Source: Candidatus Latescibacterota bacterium (GTDB lineage Bacteria > Latescibacterota > CBDEFO01). From it: a stretch of 64,000 bases of DNA. Location: positions 288,001 through 352,000 of the forward strand of contig CBDEFO010000003.1 of assembly GCA_965237525.1 (NCBI GenBank). Direction: 5' to 3'. Under the pieces are notes generated by a model. The model did not search any database. It had not been told where the DNA came from and saw nothing but the letters and a program-made list of their open reading frames with translations. A program made the translations under genes and the position numbers. Shown piece after piece: positions 40,646 to 51,775 of this stretch. Numbering within the stretch: position 1 is the stretch's first letter; each line of letters opens with the position of its first letter.

Positions 40646-40858
40646 GATCAATCAAGTCCCTGTGCGATGAAAGTGCGTCGTTTACAAGGAGGAATTGTAT
40701 ATGAGATAGCGCCTTGGAGTATCCTTGATCCCCGATAGATTCAAGCGGGGAGGGATATCTCAGGCGTTTTTCTGTTTGTACAGGACCTTGGAAAGAGTAA
40801 ACTGTTCAAAACACTGAACTCCGAAGGACTCTGTTCTTTCTTTAAAGGAGGTCGAGCT

Positions 40859-43192
40859 ATGTATAGCTTCTCAAGAATCGTCCTGCCGCTCACAGCTATT
40901 CTGATTGCGCTTTCAACTGCTTTCCCTTGTTCTGCTCAACAGCCGGTCATCAGTGCCCGTCCCTTGGGCATGGGAGAGGCCTTCCTGGCGATAGCTGACG
41001 ATGGCAACGCCCTGTTCTGGAATCCCGCAGGATTGCCCTCTTTGGGGCACCATGAGATTGTCAGCGGCTACACCGATCTGTTCGGAATCGGTATAAAAAA
41101 CAACATAATAGGATACGTCTTCCCTATGGCGAACAACTATGCCCTTGGGTTTGACTGGGCACATTTAAGCTTTGAGGATCCTGAACTGGGTTTTAAGGAG
41201 GACAACTTCAAGTTATCCTACGGGCATAGAGTCTGGAAGGAACTTTCCTTTGGATCTGCTTTAAGATATATCACCACAGATGTGATCCTGGACTCAAACT
41301 CGTTGGGGAAAGGTTCGGGGTGGGGGTTGGATATGAGTTTTCTGTATGTCCCTGTCAAGTGGCTGAGATTGGGGATGGTGGTCCGGGATGTGACAGATAC
41401 GGAAGTGCAGTATGACGACGGAGGATCGAGGGTAATTGATCCAAGATCGTTCCAGTTCGGGACGGCTTATCGGCCTATGGAGGATCTGACTGTGGCTCTG
41501 GATGTGGATGATCAACTCCATTTCGGCGGGGAGTATTGGCTCAGCGATAATATGTTGGGACTGAGAGGCGGCCTGCAGAAGGATCTGGATACCTCGGAGC
41601 CGATGACGTATTCTGGCGGAGCGAGCGTCCGCTATAAGCTGTTCCAGTTCGACTACGCCTATGTCATACCGCCGACGTTGCCCTCCAGCCATCGCTTCTC
41701 CCTGTCCCTCTCCTTCAACTTGTATCCTTCGATGGTGCGGATCACAGAGACAAAGATCAATAACCTGTTCCCGGCGTTCCACTAGCGCTATGGTGTGCAT
41801 CCATTGGGGAATGTGAAATTGGTCAACAGGGACGATAAACCCTATCAGACTATGGTGAGCTTCTATATCCCCAAGCTGATGGATGCCCCTACCGAACAGC
41901 AGGTTATTATCCGGCCGAAGGAGACGAAGGAGGTTGGGGTTAAAGGGGTCTTTTCCAGTTCCATCACCAATTTGACCGAGGATATACTGACGCAGGCGGA
42001 AGTCAGGGTCTCCTATACGACAGAGCGCAGGACGAGGTCGGACAGGGAGTCGGCCAGTTTCTATGTCTACAGTCGCAATGCGACTACCTGGGACGATGTG
42101 GGGAAGGCGGCGGCCTTTATCACATCCAATGACCCAATCATAGGCGAATTTGCCCGGCCGACGTTGGTGGCGCATGAGGAGGAGATCAAGGGCCTGGGGC
42201 GTGGCAGTCGGAATTTGATAAGGGCAATGGTGCTGTTCGATGTGGTGCACCAATATGGGGTGCGCTACATCGCCGATTCCAACAATCCCTACTCCCGAAT
42301 ATCTGCGGACAAATCTGCGGTGGACAACATTCAGTATCCTGTCGAGGTGCTGAGGAAGAAATCTGGAGACTGCGACGATCTCACAGCGCTCTACTGCGCT
42401 CTTTTAGAGAATGTGGGTATTCCCACAGCGTTGGTGGATGCCCCCGGACACATCTATATGATGTTCGACAGCGGTGTTCCCATCCAGAAGGCCTACAGCC
42501 TTCCGATAGGCGAGAAGCTCTATGTGGTTCGGGACGGCAGGATTTGGATTCCTGTGGAGATCACTTTGTTCGGGAAGTCTTTCACCGAGGCCTGGCGGTC
42601 CGGGGCGGGGGAGTCTGCGAGTCTTTTAGAGGAGGACATGCTCAGGGTCGTGGACACCTCGGATGTGTGGCAGGAGTATGAGCCTTCCCCTCCTAAATTT
42701 GAGGGGGAGATTGCCTTTCCAACCAAGGAGGATATAAAGGGAACTTTCTCCACGGATCGGTCAGGTTTCAAGGAGATGATGGACGCCTTTATAGAGCGCA
42801 CCCACCTTGGGCCTCTGGGTGAGAATCCAGAAGATTTTGATCTGCGGTTCAAGCTTGCCCGGGTCTACACAGCGATCCGTGAGTACGACCGTTCTATTTC
42901 CCAATATCAACATCTTTTAGAGACAGATGCGGATCCTGCTCAGGTATATAACAATATGGGGATAGCCTACCTTTTGAAAGGGGAAGTAAAGAAGGCAGCT
43001 CAAGACTTCAAGCGGGCTGTGGACTTGGATCCGACTGATGAGGGGATCAAGGGCAACTTTGAGTTGGCAATGTCCTTTTTGGAGGGAGAAGAGCGGATAG
43101 CGTTTGCAAGAGAGATCGGAGTAGCCGTGCCTGAGGGGGTGAAGGCCGCCGAGTTTGAGGTGGATGAGGAAAGCTTCTACTGGAGGGAATAG
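40859..43192 (+). pseudogene. PorV/PorP-like beta-barrel + Ig-like + transglutaminase-like + TPR protein (777 aa) interrupted by one in-frame TAG
   Basis: ORFs 40859-41785 and 41795-43192 are in the same frame, separated by TAG 41783-41785. Signal peptide, ARPLGMGEAF...DDGNALFWNPAGL (PorV/FadL-like N-motif), GDCDD...PGHIY...W.PVE (transglutaminase-like) and C-terminal TPR. Confidence 0.75.
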
Positions 43193-43227
43193 GGATCGCT
43201 GATCTACCCCGACGAAAGGAGCAAGAG

Positions 43228-46170
43228 ATGCACAGGGATATTTGTAGGATAGCTCTAACGGCGGCTATCGCCGTTGTCCTCTACGCCACACCTGCAGGGG
43301 CGGGAAAGTGGAGGACATACACTAAAGCAGATGGTCTGGCGAGCAACAATGTCTTTGCGAGCTTGGAGGACAGAGAGGGCAACCTGTGGTTTGGAACTTC
43401 GAGAGGTGTGAGCCGCTATGATTGGATGTGGACAACCTACACCAAAGCAGATGGGCTGGGGGGCAACTCGGTCCGTTCGATCTTAGAGGATAGTGAGGGT
43501 AACTTGTGGTTTGGCACTGAGAATGGAGCTGTGAGCCGCTATGATAGCATGAAATGGACGACCTTCACCTCAGAAGATGGTCTACCATTCAGACCGATAA
43601 TTACGAGCTTGGAGGACAGAGAGGGCAACCTGTGGTTTGGATTAGCATTCGGTGGGGGCTTGACCCGTTATGATGGGGAAAGGTGGACGACCTACACCAA
43701 AGCAGATGGGCTGGCGGGTCCCACCGTGTTGGCGATCTTGGAAGATAGTGAGGGCAACCTGTGGCTTGGAACTGTGTTTAGAGGCGTGAGCCGCTATGAT
43801 GGGACATGGACGACCTACACCACAGAAGATGGCCTGGCGAACAACTCGGTCGAGGCGATCTTGGAGGATACGGAAGGCAACCTGTGGTTTGGTACTTTTG
43901 AGGGCGTGAGCCGCTATGATGGGGAAAGGTGGACGACCTATACCACAGCAGATGGCCTGGCACACAACTGGGTCGACACAATTTTTGAGGATAGTAAGAG
44001 CAATCTGTGGTTTGGAACTGGGGCGGGAGGTGTGAGCCGCCATGATGGGGAAAGATGGACGACATACACCACAGAAGATGGCCTGGCGGAGAACTGGGTC
44101 AATACGATCTCTGAGGATAGTCAGGGCAATCTGTGGTTTGGCACTGAGAATGGAGGTGTGAGCCGCTATGATGAGACATGGACGACCTTCACTACAACAG
44201 ATGGCCTGGCGAGCAACTATGTCAATGCGATCTCAGAGGATAGAGAAGGCAACTTGTGGTTTGGAACTCCTGGGGGCGTGAGCCGCTATGATGAGAGGTG
44301 GAAGACCTTCACCACAACAGATGGCCTGGCGAGCAACTCGGTCTGGGCAATGTTGGAAGACAGTGAAGGCAACTTGTGGTTTGGAACTTTTAAGGGCGTG
44401 AGCCGCTATGATGGGGAAATGTGGACAACCTTCACCACAGCTGATGGCCTGGCAGACAACTATGTCATTGCGATTTTGGAGGATAGAGAGGGCAACTTGT
44501 GGTTTGGAACTCGACGAGGCGTAAGCCGCTATGATGGGGAAGGATGGACAACCTACGATATGGGAGATGGTCTGGTGAACGATTGGGTCCATGCGATCTT
44601 GGAAGATAGAGAGGGGAACCTGTGGTTTGGTACTGGATCAGCTGGACCAGATCCATCACTTCCACCTGACGGGGGCATAAGCCGCTATGATGGAGAGACG
44701 TGGACGACTTACACCATAGAAGATGGCCTGGCAAACGATTTCGTCAATGTGATCTTGGAGGATAGTGAGGGCGACCTGTGGTTTGGTACTAACGGTGGAG
44801 GGGTAACCAGATACAAAGCTGACAGGACACCGCCAAACACATACATTCTCTCTGGGCCGGAAGGAATAATCGGCCTCGCACAGGCCTTCTTCAAATATAG
44901 AGGTGGAGACAGATATTCGCCAGATGCAGATATGCAATATGCGTATGCCACCAAGAGTAATCGGGACAGGCCCACTGAAGACGATTGGTCGAGCTTTACA
45001 GACTTCACCTCCCTCCTTACAGATCCCCTTCCCAACGGCTCCTACACATTCTACGTACGGACAATGGACGAAGCGGGAAACATCGATCATACTCCCGCCG
45101 AAAAAACGTTCACCGTGGATTTAACTGCCCCGACGGTGCTGATTACTTCTCCATCGAACGACGAGATCATTCATGGAGAGATGAGCATCAAGGGCTCGGC
45201 CTTCGACAACTCTGATATTCCCGATTTTGAGAGCTATACGTTGGAATACGGGAGTGGGTCGGACCAGGACAATATCCCAGAATGGCGCAGTATAAGGGAT
45301 AACGCGGTGAAGCCTGTCGTAAACGACCTCTTAGGTGTGTGGGACACCGAAGGGCTATTCGGCACCTATGTCCTCAGGCTTGGAGCTATAGACGGCTTCG
45401 ATCATCGGAGCAAGTATGCCATCACCGTCCACGTGGTTGCGGCAGCCGTTGAGGTAGATCACAGTAGTGGAGGACATATCACCGATTCTGCGAGCAAGGT
45501 GGATCTCTACATTCCCCCCAACGGTATTCCCAAGAGTACGCAGGTGACGATCACTCCCGTTGCGATTGAGGGTGTGGCAAAGCCTTCTGCTCTGAATTTG
45601 CGGCTTATTGGTATGGCATACGACATCGAGCCGAGTGATCTTATACTCCTGAAACCTGCAACCTTTACGATATTCCTCAGTGAAGATGACATACAGGTTG
45701 TGCCCGATCTTGGGAAGCTGGCAATCTTTACCCGGTCATCTGCGGACAGTTCCTGGGAAAGAGTCGGCGGCACAGTAGATGAGGGGACGAGGAAGATCAC
45801 AGTAGCTCTGACCCGCTTTGGGAGCTTTGCAGTGATGGAGGATCTCTCTGAGGAAGAAGGAGAGCCTTCCATTTCGGATGTGAACTGTCAGCCAAGAGTC
45901 TTCTCCCCGGAGGGAGGCGGCTACGACACCAAGACCACTATATCCTTTAATCTTGGGAAAAGGTCACAGGTTACAGTGAAGCTTTACGATGTGTCGGGAC
46001 GGTTCAAGAGAAAGTTAGTCGAGGATAGGACGATGAATCGTGGGAGCAATGCGGTGATATGGGACGGGAGAGATCATGAGGGGAAGGTAGTAGTCAATGG
46101 ACTGTATGTGGTGGCGGTGGAAGCTGGTAGGGAAGTGGAGACTAAGACGGTGGTGGTATTGAATAAATGA
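43228..46170 (+). CDS. Secreted beta-propeller repeat protein with Ig-like domains and FlgD/T9SS-like C-terminal domain
   Basis: Signal peptide, ~12 repeats YTxxDGLAxNxVxxIxEDxEGNLWFGTxxGVSRYDG, Ig-like region, ZU5-like region, and tail PRVFSPEGGG...VTVKLYDVSGR...WDGRD...GLYVV. Confidence 0.85.
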   Translation: MHRDICRIALTAAIAVVLYATPAGAGKWRTYTKADGLASNNVFASLEDREGNLWFGTSRGVSRYDWMWTTYTKADGLGGNSVRSILEDSEGNLWFGTENGAVSRYDSMKWTTFTSEDGLPFRPIITSLEDREGNLWFGLAFGGGLTRYDGERWTTYTKADGLAGPTVLAILEDSEGNLWLGTVFRGVSRYDGTWTTYTTEDGLANNSVEAILEDTEGNLWFGTFEGVSRYDGERWTTYTTADGLAHNWVDTIFEDSKSNLWFGTGAGGVSRHDGERWTTYTTEDGLAENWVNTISEDSQGNLWFGTENGGVSRYDETWTTFTTTDGLASNYVNAISEDREGNLWFGTPGGVSRYDERWKTFTTTDGLASNSVWAMLEDSEGNLWFGTFKGVSRYDGEMWTTFTTADGLADNYVIAILEDREGNLWFGTRRGVSRYDGEGWTTYDMGDGLVNDWVHAILEDREGNLWFGTGSAGPDPSLPPDGGISRYDGETWTTYTIEDGLANDFVNVILEDSEGDLWFGTNGGGVTRYKADRTPPNTYILSGPEGIIGLAQAFFKYRGGDRYSPDADMQYAYATKSNRDRPTEDDWSSFTDFTSLLTDPLPNGSYTFYVRTMDEAGNIDHTPAEKTFTVDLTAPTVLITSPSNDEIIHGEMSIKGSAFDNSDIPDFESYTLEYGSGSDQDNIPEWRSIRDNAVKPVVNDLLGVWDTEGLFGTYVLRLGAIDGFDHRSKYAITVHVVAAAVEVDHSSGGHITDSASKVDLYIPPNGIPKSTQVTITPVAIEGVAKPSALNLRLIGMAYDIEPSDLILLKPATFTIFLSEDDIQVVPDLGKLAIFTRSSADSSWERVGGTVDEGTRKITVALTRFGSFAVMEDLSEEEGEPSISDVNCQPRVFSPEGGGYDTKTTISFNLGKRSQVTVKLYDVSGRFKRKLVEDRTMNRGSNAVIWDGRDHEGKVVVNGLYVVAVEAGREVETKTVVVLNK

Positions 46171-49100
46171 TTTCAGGACAAGCTACACTTAAGGAACGAG
46201 GCCACAGGCACTTGCTTTGTAGGATAGCTCTAACGGCGGTCATCGCTGTTATCCTCTACGCCACACCTGCAAGGGCGGGAAAGTGGACACCCTTTACTGT
46301 AGAAGATGGCCTGGCGGGCAACTCGGTCAGTGCGATCTTAGAGGATAGAGAGGGCGACCTGTGATTTGGAACTGAAGGGGGTGTGAGCCGCTATGATGGG
46401 ACGTGGAGGACCTATACCACAGCAGATGGCCTGGCAGACAACTCGGTCAGTTCGATCTTGGAGGACAAGGAAGGCAATTTATGGTTTGGAACTTTGGGTG
46501 GAGGCGTGAGCCGGTACGACGGGGAAAGGTGGATGACCTTTACCACCGGAGATGGTCTGGTGGACAACTGGGTCATGGCGGTGTTGGAGGATAGGAAGGG
46601 CAACCTGTGGTTTGGAAATAGTGGAGATGTGAGCCGCTATGATGGGGAAAAATGGATGGAGTACTACACTACCGAAGATGGCCCAGGCATCTTTGTCAGT
46701 GCGATCTTAGAGGATAGAGAGGGCAACCTGTGGTTTGGAAGTTTAGGGGGCGTGAGCCGCTATGATGGGGAAAGGTGGAAGACCTTTACCACAGAAGATG
46801 GCCTGGCGAACGACTTTGTCAATGCGATCCTTGAGGATAGTAAGGGCAACTTGTGGTTTGGTACTGGTGGAGGCTTGAGCAGCTATGATGGGGAGAGATG
46901 GACGAACTACACTATAGCAGGTGACCAGGCGGGCAACTCGGTCGAGGCGATCTTGGAAGACCGGAATGGTAACCTGTGGTTTGGAACTGTAGGAGGCGCA
47001 ATTCGCCTGGACGGGGAAAGGTTGACGACCTTCACCACCGAAGATGGCCTGGCGCACAACACTGTCAGTTCGATCTTAGAGGATAGTGAGGGCAACTTGT
47101 GGTTTGCAACTAATGGGGGCGTGAGCCGCTATGATGGGACATGGACGATCTATACCACAGAAGATGGCTTGGCAGATAACGTGGTCTTGACGATCTTGGA
47201 GGATAGAGAGGGAAACTTGTGGTTTGGAACTAGTGAAGGCGTGAACCGCTATGATGGGGAAAGGTGGACGACCTTCACCACCGAAGATGGCTTGGCACAC
47301 AACTGGGTCGCGGTGATCTTTGAGGACAGGGAAGGCAATCTGTGGTTTGGAACTGTATTTGGAGGCGTGAGCCGCTATGATGGGGAGAGATGGACGAACT
47401 ACACTACAGAAGATGGCCTGGCGAACAACTCGGTCGAGGCGATCTTTGAGGATAGTGAGGGCGATCTGTGGTTTGGAACTATAAGAGTCATAATAAGTGA
47501 AGTAGACGTAACAGTTGAGGGAGGAGGCGTGAGCCGCTATGATGGGGAAATGTGGACAACCTACACCACAGAAGATGGCTTGGCAAACGACTGGGTCGAT
47601 TTGATCTTTGAGGATACTGAGGGCAACATGTGGTTTGGAACTGAAAATGAGGGAGGTGTGAGCCGCTATGATGGGGAGAGATGGAAGACCTACACTACAG
47701 AAGATGGCCTGGCAGGCAACCAGGTCTATACCATCTTTGAGGACAGTGATGGCAACCTGTGGCTTGGAACTGTGTTTAGAGGCGTGAGCCGCTATGATGA
47801 GACATGGACGACCTACACCACAGAAGATGGCCTGGCGAACAACTCGGTCGAGGCGATCTTGGAGGATACGGAAGGCAACCTGTGGTTTGGTACTTTTGAG
47901 GGCGTGAGCCGCTATGATGGGGAAAGGTGGACGACCTATACCACAGCAGATGGCCTGGCACACAACTGGGTCTTGACAATCTTTGAGGATAGTGAGGGCA
48001 ACCTGTGGTTTGGGACTTATGCGGGCGGTGTGAGCCGCTATGATGGGGAGAAGTGGACGACCTACACTACAGAAGATGGCCTGGCACACAACTGGGTCGA
48101 GGCGATCTTGGAGGATAGGGAAGGCAACATGTGGTTTTTGAATGGTGGATTTGTCGGTAGAGGGATAACCAGATACAGAGGTGACAGGATACCACCAAAT
48201 ACATTTATATTCGATGGGCCAGAAGGAACAATCGGTATCCCACAAGCTTTCTTCCAATATAGTGGAGGAGATAGGTATTCACCAGAGGCAGACGTGCAAT
48301 ATGCGTATGTCATCGACCCCAGTGAAGCCGATTGGTCGGACTTTACGGATCTTACCTCCCTCCTTACAGATCCCTTTCCCAACGGTACCTACACATTCTA
48401 CGTACGGGCAATTGACAAAGCTGGAAATATTGATCTCACTCCTGCCAAAAGGACCTTCACTGTGGATTTAACCCCGCCGACGGTGCTGATCAGTTCCCCA
48501 TCGAACAACGAGATCATTCAAGGAGAGGTGAGCATCGAGGGCTCGGCCTTCGACAACTCCGATATTCCCGATTTTGGGAGCTATACGTTGGAATACGGGA
48601 GTGGGTCGGATGAGGACAAGATATCAGAATGGCGCAGTGTAAGGGATCGAACTACGAAGCCTGTTGTAAACGATCTCTTAGGCGTGTGGGACACCGAAGG
48701 GCTATTCGGCACCTATGTTCTCAGGCTGAGAGCTGTGGACGGCTTTGATCATCGTAGCAAGTATGCCATCACTGTCCAAGTGGACAACATCCCTCCCACA
48801 GCTCATATCACCAGTCCATCTCCAAACACCACCTATTCGGGGACCCTATCGATCCACGGGACGGTGGAGGACGAGAACCTCCGGGGCTACACTCTGCAAT
48901 ATGCCCGCACGTCGCAGGACACTGTGTGGAAGGACATCAAATCAGATACCACTTCTGGGATAGAGGAGGGTCTCTTGGCCAGCTGGGATTCCTCCAACGA
49001 GACGGGAAAGATCACCCTGAGATTGGAGGCGACGGACTTTGCGGGCAACGTTAGCACTCCTTCCGATGTGATCCTGAACCTGGACAACTCAGGTGCCTTG

Positions 49101-50399
49101 CCCCAATCTCAGATTACCTTCCCCAGTCCCGGTGAGGTCGTATCGGGCCTTGTGACCATCCGTGGGAAAGCCACTGATGACAACTTCCAAAGATACACCC
49201 TCCTGTCCATAAGCGCAGATGGAGATACCACGATGATCAAGACCTCAGACATCCAGGTGGAGGAGATATTGGGGCTTTGGGGCACTGATCTCTATCCTGA
49301 GGGAGCATACACACTTCTGCTGACAACGGCCAACCGGGACGGATATGCCCGTTCCAGCGAAGTCCAGGTAACCGTGGACAACACGTCCCCCGTAGCTTCC
49401 ATCACATTTCCATCGGGGGAAACCTCTGTAAGCGGGAGCATCCAGATCACCGGCACCGTCCTAGACAACCACCTCAAATTCTACAAGATCGAATTCGGTC
49501 CGGGTGCCGATCCAGATTCCAGCCAGATGGCACAGCTTGGCGCTGAGAGGAAGGAGCAGGTGGAGGAGGGTCCCTTGGGGACGTGGAACACCCTGGAGTT
49601 CAACGGTCTCTATTCTTTGATATTGACCGCTGTGGACAAAGCAGGATTGGAGACGGTGGACAAGAGGGTGATCCAGTTGGAGAATATACCGATTGACCGG
49701 GCGTTGGGAGGATTCAAGGAAGTGCGGAATGTGAGGCTTTATCTTCCCCCCAATGCGACCTCGAAGGATGTGGTCATCGGGGTTCGATTCCTGAGGGAGA
49801 GTGAGCTATCTCCTTTTGATGATTCGTATCTCAGGTTGATAGGGGAGGCCTTCGAGATCGAATCGGCTCCGGAAGCGGCCTTATCCAAGCCTGCAGCGCT
49901 GTCAGTGTTCTATTTAAATGATGAGGTGATGGATGTATCCGAAGACAGGTTGACACTATTTGGATGGACAGAGTCTGGCAACTGGCGGAGGATAGGGGGC
50001 ACAGTTGAAAAGGAGAAGAACCAGATCACGACGGTCCTGGCACGTTTTGGGAGATTTGCAGTGATGGAGGATCTTTCTGCGGAAGAAGGGAGTCTCTCCA
50101 TCTCGGATGTGAACTGTCAGCCGAGAGTCTTCTCCCCAGAGGGAGACGGCTTCGATACCAAGACCACAATATCCTTTAATCTTGGGAAAAGGTCGGAGGT
50201 TACAGTGAAGGTCTACGATGTTTCGGGACGATTCAAGAGGAAGTTGGTTGAGGACAGGATGATGAATCGTGGGAGCAATGCGGTGATATGGGATGGGAGG
50301 GATCATGAGGGGAAGATAGTAGTCAATGGACTGTATGTGGTGGCGGTGGAAGCTGGTAGGGAAGTTGAGACTAACACGGTGGTGGTATTGAATAAGTGA
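46167..50399 (+). pseudogene. Paralogous beta-propeller repeat protein (1410 aa) interrupted by TGG>TGA in the first repeat
   Basis: ORFs 46167-46364 and 46383-50399 are in frame. GDL*FGT sits at the invariant Trp of the repeat (TGA 46362-46364). The signal peptide and tail are near-identical to those of 43228-46170. Confidence 0.8.
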
Positions 50400-50692
50400 T
50401 TTCGGGATAAGCATACTCAAGTGACAAGGAACAGCACCAATAGAACATCGGGGACAAGAGCATCAATGTTCCCCTTGCGTTTTCTCCCAGATATGGTTAC
50501 CTTATGGATAGCTTGTCCCTGGGCGTACACCCCAAACCCCCATAAATAAAGGGCAAAACCCCTCCTGTGGTCCTATGATACTATCTCATTAAGACCTGCT
50601 TCCTTGTCTGCACAAATCCATCTGTCTCCATCCGATACAGATAGACTCCGCTTTTTTCTCAGAGAATGGCTGGTCAATAAACGACTGTAAAA

Positions 50693-51667
50693 CTATCCTG
50701 TCCTTCCGAAGTTATCCAGAAAGATCACAAAGTCCGACAAACCGATCTCTCCGTTACCATCCAAATCATATGCAGAATCCCAATTATCCGAACCAGTCGT
50801 TGTCCCGAACACAGCCAGAAAAAGGACAAAATCGGAAAGATCTACTTCATTGTCTCCGTTGAAATCTCCTACAAAGCTAAAAGTAAATCCGTTAAAAAGC
50901 GTGCCTTTCTGACCATCGGGGTTTATGACTGCTACATCTACTATATCAGCGGCATGAGCTGGAGTTGTAGCTGTAATAGAATTGGAGGACAATACAACTA
51001 CATCTGTGGCTGTGCTGTCTCCAAAAGTAACAGTTGCTCTACTTTGGAACCTACTCCCTACTAGCGTCACGGACGCACCTCCCAATGCCGGACCAGAAGA
51101 AGGATTAACAGAGGTCACAACAGGAGATAGAAGTGGAATACTTAAACTTCCGTTATTTGCAACATCTATAGATGCAAACCTATTAATTGTTTCCCCATCC
51201 CCCACAGAAAGACCCGAGGCACCTACATCTATAGTAAGTGGGCTGATATCCCCCGGATTACCTACCACATTCAGATCAAACTCAGCGACCGCTGCAAGGT
51301 TAGGAAGTTCTAAATCAGCAAATCCCACTGCATTACCGTTATTCTGAAGACTGATAATATTTATCCTAGTCTCAGGAACGTTTGTAGAGAAATTGCCAAA
51401 AGTCGGCGACAATATCCTGATACCTGGGACGATAATAGTCCCCGGATCCACTTTAACAACACATGTATCAATATCAATTTTGATATCCATTCCAGCCAGA
51501 CCCAAGTCAGCCTCTGGCTGTAGCTCCATAAACACCTGCACAGTCACCTTCTCCCCCGGATTGCCAGTAACATCCTCAACCATTACCGTTATAGGAGCCC
51601 CAGAGGAATTGGTCCACGAAAAGACTAGAAGGAGGACACATACAAGAAGCAGTTTTCGGTTCTTCAT
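50693..51667 (-). CDS. Secreted cohesin-like + IPT/TIG + dockerin-like protein
   Basis: Signal peptide, a cohesin-like start (VEDVTGNPGEKVTVQV...LAGMDIKI), one IPT repeat, and duplicated Ca-loops GDFNGDNEVDLSDF...DLDGNGEIGLSDF. Confidence 0.75.
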   Translation of the reverse strand: MKNRKLLLVCVLLLVFSWTNSSGAPITVMVEDVTGNPGEKVTVQVFMELQPEADLGLAGMDIKIDIDTCVVKVDPGTIIVPGIRILSPTFGNFSTNVPETRINIISLQNNGNAVGFADLELPNLAAVAEFDLNVVGNPGDISPLTIDVGASGLSVGDGETINRFASIDVANNGSLSIPLLSPVVTSVNPSSGPALGGASVTLVGSRFQSRATVTFGDSTATDVVVLSSNSITATTPAHAADIVDVAVINPDGQKGTLFNGFTFSFVGDFNGDNEVDLSDFVLFLAVFGTTTGSDNWDSAYDLDGNGEIGLSDFVIFLDNFGRTG

Positions 51668-51775
51668 AATTCTTCTACTTTTAACCTAACAAGGAATTAA
51701 CCTCTTTAGTATGGCAATATTCGCACCTCTTTTTTATGCCTACCCCTGCTAATTGTAGGACAGACGTTTGGAGTC

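Noticed and set aside
41783..41785. Pyrrolysine/amber read-through
   Set aside because: No pyl genes are in the window, TAG terminates several ordinary genes, and a point mutation explains it more simply. It cannot be fully excluded without the rest of the genome.
46362..46364. TGA recoded as Trp or Sec
   Set aside because: All other repeat Trp codons are TGG, and many genes here end in TGA with start-stop overlaps (e.g. hisC/hisB, exbB/exbD), so the standard code applies. Sec is implausible at a structural Trp position.
43753..47972. Diversity-generating retroelement template/variable repeat pair
   Set aside because: There is no reverse transcriptase, both copies are coding, and they differ by a single base rather than many adenine-specific changes.
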